Source: Negativicutes bacterium (GTDB lineage: Bacteria; Bacillota; Negativicutes; JAAYSF01). From it: a stretch of 64,000 nucleotides of DNA. The position numbers were made by a program, and so were the translations under genes. The stretch is from assembly GCA_028707635.1 (NCBI GenBank), contig JAQWAQ010000001.1:51336-115335 (forward strand). The letters run 5' to 3'. The notes beneath the pieces were generated by a model. The model did not search any database. It saw only the letters and a list, made by a program, of their open reading frames with translations, and had not been told where the DNA came from. Positions 58,957-64,000 of this stretch are shown here, piece after piece (position 1 is the first letter of the stretch; each line of letters starts with the position of its first letter).

Positions 58957-59367
58957 TTTTTTCCTCCTAGTGTTTATGTGTCTTATTTTACTTCTTAGTA
59001 TTCCAATTAACTTCTATATACTATTAAACGCCTATATCAGCATAAAGTAACGCTAGCTACACCAAAAAACTACTCAAAATCGATAATTACAGTAAACCAG
59101 CCGACCTCAAGATGTATGACTACATACAAAAACAACCTCAGCCCTTATTTTGATATGCTCCCCTTGTGGTCAATGTCATTAAGTTAAGCAAAATAGAACG
59201 TTTACATCCATAAAAGTAGATGTGAACGTTCTATTTTTATATTTGCTAATCATATAAAAAAACACTCGACAAATAGCAGAAAGTTTGCGGCTCTGCCCTT
59301 GAAATATAAAGATTCGAGGGAGGAACGCATAGAAACTTTATTCAAAGAATTAAAATATGATGTTGGA

Positions 59368-59874
59368 TTAGCGAGCCGCAGTATTTCGGTCAAGCACACC
59401 GACGCCAAGATAGGCGCGAACAACTCGACCTTTTTCAATAACAGACTGAAGAATCGGCCGGGCGGTATTGATGGGAATTGCAAATCCGATGCCTTCAACG
59501 CCTGCCACGGCAATCTTGGCGCTATTGATACCAACGACAACTCCGTCAGCATTCACCAATGCCCCACCTGAATTGCCGGGATTGATGGCTGCGTCGGTTT
59601 GAATGAGTTTAAATTTACGTTCACCGATTTCAATTGACCGATTCAGAGCGCTAATAACGCCAACAGTGACGCTCCCCCGAAATTCCATACCCAGCGGATT
59701 ACCAATAGCAATAGCAGGTTCGCCGATCAGCAAACCGTCTGAATCACCTAAGACAGCGGTAGGCAATCCGGTTGTGTCGACTTTAACCACCGCAAGGTCA
59801 GTAGCCGGGTCAACTCCTAAAACCTTACCGTTAAAGGTCCGTCCGTCGGCCAGATCGATTTTCAAGTCATGCAA
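59368..59874 (-). pseudogene. Truncated HtrA/DegP-family serine protease fragment. It retains the Ser-active-site region but lacks the N-terminal His region and the PDZ domain.
   Basis: ..FNGKVLGVDPATDLAVVKVD...TDAAINPGNSGGALVNADGVVVGINS.. The fragment has no proper start and is cut at 59875 by the repeat element. Confidence 0.7.
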
Positions 59875-59914
59875 TACCCTCAGTAAGTGGGTATATCACT
59901 CTTATCTGCAAAAA

Positions 59915-60075
59915 CGTGTTGATGATTAACGCCTCGGAACACTATATGATAAAAGCCGCTGCTGCTTAATTGTCGCGATTGCCTTCCCATTTATCATCAC
60001 CGCTGACGATAGCATATCAAAATAATGACAAAAAAGGAACGTCCCCTACTGTCCTTGTCATCGTGAAAAGGTTGC
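59915..60075 (+). repeat. About 160-bp dispersed element, copy 1 (about 75% identical to 63240..63395). It ends in a TGACAA..TTGTCA palindrome around GGAACGTCCCC.
   Basis: aaaacgtgttgatgattaacgcctcggaacactatatgataaaagcc...aatgacaaaaaaggaacgtcccctactgtccttgtca. Confidence 0.7.
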
Positions 60076-60474
60076 GAAGGAACTGGGCATCTCTAGGCGA
60101 ACACTCTAATACAAGCTGAATAAATTCGGTTTGAGGACAAAATAGAGCAATATCTTTAAGTGAAGACAACCCTTCGCGCAGTCTAAAGAGTGACAACGCG
60201 CAAGGGCTGTCTTTATTTGCTGGAGGTGTCTGTATTTTTAGTGCAATAATTGCACTAAAAATAACGATGTTTTGGTTTGGCTGCTCTTTGAAATGAGCAT
60301 CTTTTCACAAACCCTCTTTTAAATCTTCTGGGTTATCCAAACTCCACGTAAAGGTTAATTGTTTTAAAATGTCATAAAATTCTTAATTGTCACGTACTAT
60401 GCAATATAGTTAAATTTACTTTGATAATATACCGTGGAGCGCTTACCGGCGGTATACTTTTAGGAGGTTAAGAC

Positions 60475-61269
60475 ATGAAATTGGAAAAATTGCAGTACAC
60501 AGTGGAAGACGGCATCGGCATCGTAATTATGAACTACATGAAGAATCTAAATGCCATTGACGAACAGATGGCTGATGAACTCATGTATATCGTGGAAACC
60601 CTGGAGAAAGACCCCAACGTTAAGGTAGTCGTATTCAAGGGCTCCGAGAAGGCATTCTCGGCTGGCGGAGACATTGGATATTTCTATCAACTTATCAAGG
60701 CTGGCGGCGAGGTCAATATGGACGGCCTGATCGAAAAGGTCGGCGTTGTCACCGACGGGATTAAGAAGATGAGCAAGCTAGTTATCGCCTCCGTCTGCGG
60801 CGCCGCAGCCGGTGCCGGCGTCAGTCTTGCGCTCTCCGCCGACTTCATTGTCTGCGCGGACAACGCCAAGTTCATCATGGCTTTCGTAAATCTCGGCTTG
60901 GTCCCCGATACCGGCGGAACCTATTTACTGGTCAAGGAGCTGGGCGAGAAGCGCGCCATGGAGCTCTGCGCCACCGGGCGTCCTTTGGGTGCCGAGGAAG
61001 CCAAGGCTGCGGGCATAATTTACCAGGTCGTTCCCAAGGAGGAGCTGGACGCCACTACCATGAAGCTTGCCAAGAAGTTTGCCGCCGGCCCGCTGCTCTC
61101 CTACAAGAATATCAAGAAACAGATATACGAAGCCAGCTTCCCAGACTACAAGAAGTATCTCGACGAGTGCGAGATCCCCACTCAGCGCGAATGTGCCGCC
61201 TCCACTGATTTCCAGGAAGGCGTCAAGGCCTTCATGGAGAAGCGCAAGGCTGCCTTCGAGGGCAAATAG
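60475..61269 (+). CDS. Enoyl-CoA hydratase/isomerase (crotonase-fold) protein
   Basis: VVVFKGSEKAFSAGGDIGYF and ..ASVCGAAAGAGVSLALSADFIVCADNAKFIMAFVNLGLVPDTGGTYLL show the crotonase oxyanion-hole motifs. GC is far above the window average. Confidence 0.85.
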   Translation: MKLEKLQYTVEDGIGIVIMNYMKNLNAIDEQMADELMYIVETLEKDPNVKVVVFKGSEKAFSAGGDIGYFYQLIKAGGEVNMDGLIEKVGVVTDGIKKMSKLVIASVCGAAAGAGVSLALSADFIVCADNAKFIMAFVNLGLVPDTGGTYLLVKELGEKRAMELCATGRPLGAEEAKAAGIIYQVVPKEELDATTMKLAKKFAAGPLLSYKNIKKQIYEASFPDYKKYLDECEIPTQRECAASTDFQEGVKAFMEKRKAAFEGK

Positions 61270-61692
61270 TCAAAGACGGAACGAGCTGTTGACTGCCTGG
61301 CTGATTGGTGGTTCTACTATGCAGATTATTGGCGCGAGCAAGGAGCTTGATCATGGCGAGTTCTCGGCGACAACGTGTTCTGCTTCTTTCAAGGCTTCTT
61401 CACGCTCACCGGCGCGGTCAGCAGCTTTATGAAGTTCCTCTGCCCGGTAATAGGTGCGACCTATGACGTCAGAGTTGAAGACCTCGGTTTGAGTGTGTGC
61501 ATCTTTGCGCTCATTCTGCCCCGCATACTTCAAGAATCCCAACGGCACCTTCGACATCTATGTCGCAAGCGCAGTGCAGCTCAACGCCGCCTTTGACAAG
61601 GCTGTCCCTGCCTCTTCTTCTGCCTCTGATCAAAAGCAAGGCAACTGAAACAACCTGATTCCTGATGGCTCAAGATAGCATAATACGGAAAG

Positions 61693-62424
61693 GTGGTAAC
61701 TAAATTGCGATCAAAAGTTGTGACTAGAGAAGAAGCCCTAACAAAGATTAAAGATGGTCAGACAATAATGTTTGGTGATTGGCACGGCGAGCTCTCCGCA
61801 GAAGAGATCATCACCGGAATGCTCGAGAAGGGTATTCAGAACATTTCTGCCATAGCCGTTTCCGCCGGTATGCCCGACCAGGGCGTTGGCAGGCTCATCA
61901 AAGAGCATCGTGTCAAGAGTATTGTCACGACACATATCGGTCTCAATCCCGTCGCCCGCGACCAGATGTTTGCAGGTGAACTTGAGGTCGAGTTCATCCC
62001 GCAGGGTACTTTTGCGGAGCGTATTCGTTGCGGCGGCGCCGGCCTCGGGGGCTGCCTCACCCCGACAGGCATCGGCACCGATGTTGAGATCGGCAAGCAG
62101 AAGCTCACCATCAACGGTAAGGATTATCTTCTTGAACTGCCCCTGTACTCGGATGTCGCGCTCATCAAAGCATGGAAGGCCGATACCGCCGGCAACATCG
62201 CTTTCAGACTAACCGGCAGAGCAACAAATAGTTATATGGCCTTTGCGGCAGATATTGTCATCGTCGAAGTCGAGGAACTGGTGGAGGTCGGAGAGCTCGG
62301 ACCCGAAGAGATTGACGTTGCGGCTCCTATCATTGATATGGTATATGTCAGAACCGGTGAGAAGAAACCTTTCTGCCTGATGTGGCAGCGTGCTAAGGCA
62401 AAAGCAGAAGGAGGCAAAAAGTAA
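61693..62424 (+). CDS. CoA transferase subunit A (3-oxoacid/acetate CoA-transferase alpha; AtoD/ScoA-like)
   Basis: ..GQTIMFGDWHGELSAEEIITG...IVTTHIGLNP..FIPQGTFAERIRCGGAGLGG.. The start is the GTG at 61693 or the TTG at 61705. The gene is GC-rich. Confidence 0.85.
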   Translation: MVTKLRSKVVTREEALTKIKDGQTIMFGDWHGELSAEEIITGMLEKGIQNISAIAVSAGMPDQGVGRLIKEHRVKSIVTTHIGLNPVARDQMFAGELEVEFIPQGTFAERIRCGGAGLGGCLTPTGIGTDVEIGKQKLTINGKDYLLELPLYSDVALIKAWKADTAGNIAFRLTGRATNSYMAFAADIVIVEVEELVEVGELGPEEIDVAAPIIDMVYVRTGEKKPFCLMWQRAKAKAEGGKK

Positions 62425-63083
62425 TGGCAGGACTGACAGGACGCGCACTTATTGCAGCTCGTTGTGCAAAGTTCTTTAAAAACGGCGATTTTGTAAATCT
62501 TGGAATCGGCGTTCCTCTGATGTGTGTCAACTATTTGCCCGAAGGCGTCGACCTCTGGCTCGAGGCTGAGATTGGCATCGTTGGCTGCGGTTCCTCCCCC
62601 AAGTGGGAAGACGCAGACCCTGATCTCATTGACGCTGGAGGACAGCCGGCATCCATAATCAAGGGCGGCAGCGTATGCGACCACACTACTTCTTTCGCCT
62701 TGATCCGCGGCGGTCACATCGACGCGGCCGTACTTGGCACTCTCCAGGTTGACCAGGAGGGCAATATAGCAAACTGGACAATCCCCGGAAAGCTCGTTCC
62801 AGGCATGGGCGGCGCAATGGACCTTTGCGCCGGCGTAAAGAAGATCGTTGTAGCCACCGACCACTGTGAGAAGAGCGGCGAGTCAAAGATACTCAAGAAG
62901 TGCACCCTTCCTCTGACCGGCGCCAAGTGCGCAACTGACATTGTCACAGAGAGATGTTACTTCGAGGTCGGAGCCGACGGGATAATACTCAGAGAACTGA
63001 CTCCGGGCTACACCGTCGAGAAGATCCGCGCATGCACCGAAGCCGATTTCATAGTCCCCGAAAAGATTGGCGTAATGGAATAA
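62424..63083 (+). CDS. CoA transferase subunit B (AtoA/ScoB-like)
   Basis: ..FVNLGIGVPLMCVNYLPEGVDLWLEAEIGIVGCG...SFALIRGGHIDAAVLGTLQVDQEGNIANWTIPGKLVPGMGGAMDL.. The start is adjacent to subunit A's stop. Confidence 0.85.
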   Translation: MAGLTGRALIAARCAKFFKNGDFVNLGIGVPLMCVNYLPEGVDLWLEAEIGIVGCGSSPKWEDADPDLIDAGGQPASIIKGGSVCDHTTSFALIRGGHIDAAVLGTLQVDQEGNIANWTIPGKLVPGMGGAMDLCAGVKKIVVATDHCEKSGESKILKKCTLPLTGAKCATDIVTERCYFEVGADGIILRELTPGYTVEKIRACTEADFIVPEKIGVME

Positions 63084-63197
63084 TTCCGGGCCGGTAAGGA
63101 AAAAGCGGGGTCAAAAAAGTGGGGTCAGGCCTTACATTGTTGCATTTCTTGATGTAACACAATAACACAACACCTACTGAACGTCCAACGTCCAAAG

Positions 63198-63226
63198 GTG
63201 TCAATAACCCCGTCCCCTTAACACCT
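63198..63226. repeat. REP-like palindromic element
   Basis: GGTGTCAATAACCCCGTCCCCTTAACACC, with the same CCCCGTCCCC core as the RAYT-flanking REPs. Confidence 0.75.
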
Positions 63227-63239
63227 AATCACATACTCC

Positions 63240-63395
63240 CTCGAAAATATGTTGATGGTTAATACCACGGAAAACTATATGATAGAACCCTGTACTGCTT
63301 AGTTGCCTCACTTTCCTACCCACAGTCCCTCACCTCTATCCACAATTATGACAAAAAAAGGAACGTCCCCAGCTGTCCCGAAAAGTTTGTGTAAA
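63240..63395 (+). repeat. About 160-bp dispersed element, copy 2. An IS256-family transposase N-terminal remnant follows it.
   Basis: cgaaaatatgttgatggttaataccacggaaaactatatgatagaaccc...tatgacaaaaaaaggaacgtccccagctgtccc. Confidence 0.7.
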
Positions 63396-63457
63396 TATGT
63401 CTTCCTGAATGGCAAGAATAGGAATAAAACTATTCAAGTCAGCAAGGAAGATTTTTT

Positions 63458-63560
63458 ATGTCAGCGATTCCAAAGAAAGTAATTAACGAGCTAATTCGAG
63501 AGCAAAAATTCAGCAATACTACCGAAGTCATGAATCCATGCTGGCGGATTTGTGTGTCAT
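63458..63560 (+). pseudogene. N-terminal remnant of an IS256-family (mutator-type) transposase
   Basis: MSAIPKKVINELIREQKFSNTTEVMNP.. resembles the N-termini of IS256-family transposases (..ELIKEN.ITTTEDI..). It is truncated after ~35 aa and runs into REP copies. Confidence 0.45.
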
Positions 63561-63623
63561 GGGGAAGGGGTTACCGACAACCTTTCTCTATTGTAATGTC
63601 AATAACCCCGTCCCCATGACACC
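63555..63623. repeat. Inverted pair of REP-like elements (BIME-like)
   Basis: TGTCATGGGGAAGGGGTTACCGACAAC (63555-63581) and TGTCAATAACCCCGTCCCCATGACACC (63596-63623) are in opposite orientations. Confidence 0.7.
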
Positions 63624-63724
63624 TATGTAAATAGACTTTCAGAGTAAAGGGCAATATCATACAAGAATGCTATTACCTCTTATGTTACACTAAATATTAG
63701 ATAATCAGGAAAGGGGGAAAGTTT

Positions 63725-64000
63725 ATGAAACAGGAGATAAGAGCAGTAAAGTATGACGCCCAATTGAAAGTGGAAGCCTATCATTTTCAAGGAATTATGC
63801 AGAAATTCCCCAATCATTTTCATGACTATTACGTGATTGGTTTTATTGAAAAAGGTCAACGTTTTTTATCTTGCAAGAACAAGGAATATACTATAGAACC
63901 GGGAGATTTATTACTGTTTAATCCGCGTGATAATCATGCTTGCGAACAAATCGACGGTAAAACGCTGGATTATCGCTGTATCAATATCCAACCGGAAATT
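63725..64000 (+). CDS. AraC-family transcriptional regulator. The N-terminal cupin/effector domain is present and the 3' end runs off the window.
   Basis: MKQEIRAVKYDAQLKVEAYHFQGIMQKFPNHFHDYYVIGFIEKGQRFLSCKNKEYTIEPGDLLLFNPRDNHAC.. is preceded by a GGGGGAAAG RBS. It is absent from the ORF track because it is open at the window end. Confidence 0.75.
   Translation, partial: MKQEIRAVKYDAQLKVEAYHFQGIMQKFPNHFHDYYVIGFIEKGQRFLSCKNKEYTIEPGDLLLFNPRDNHACEQIDGKTLDYRCINIQPEI

Noticed and set aside
61270-61692. Overlapping 60-120-aa ORFs on both strands in the GC-rich gap between the crotonase and CoA-transferase genes
   Set aside because: None has an RBS or a recognisable motif. They are probably frame noise in GC-rich DNA, possibly a decayed gene. 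They are mentioned in the cassette finding only.

Overview
The window looks like a chromosomal segment from a diderm Firmicute of the Negativicutes type, at roughly 40-45% GC. The lineage call rests on the gene content: classical and inverse autotransporters, an SLH-domain surface protein, GT9/GT8/Glf LPS-type glycosyltransferases and CsgG/LPP20 outer-membrane lipoproteins, alongside Firmicute-style housekeeping genes. Housekeeping genes: a DEAD-box helicase (partial at the window edge), htpG preceded by a perfect CIRCE operator, a glcD/glcF-like FAD/Fe-S oxidase pair, gltX followed by a tRNA-Glu, azlCD, and a MocR-type regulator with an amidohydrolase. Signalling genes: one MCP, a sporulation-kinase-like PAS histidine kinase, a hybrid HK+Hpt with a LuxR-type response regulator, an AgrCA-like HPK10/LytTR pair, and one GGDEF protein. 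Envelope genes: GT9, glf+GT2, GT8, a classical autotransporter, a 1292-aa inverse autotransporter built from near-identical 264-bp tandem repeats, an SLH protein, and a CsgG-like/LPP20 lipoprotein cluster. Between 52.4 and 60.1 kb and from 63.1 to 63.6 kb lies a decayed mobile-element zone (the intact RAYT transposase and its REPs sit separately at 23.3-24.2 kb). It contains REP-like repeats, an IS256-family remnant, pseudogenes of sodA, a 5'-nucleotidase and htrA, and a transposase fragment. It encloses a GC-rich, probably horizontally acquired crotonase plus CoA-transferase AB cassette. The most novel-looking candidate is a translationally coupled pair at 1.4-4.35 kb. It encodes a LuxI/FeeM-like acyl-synthase fused to a cNMP-binding domain, followed by a B12-binding radical SAM enzyme with a CX4CX2C cluster motif, next to the PAS kinase. 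A second notable signal is a conserved promoter module with paired 9-bp LytTR-type direct repeats. It is shared by the two large surface-protein genes and sits beside the LytTR regulator gene.
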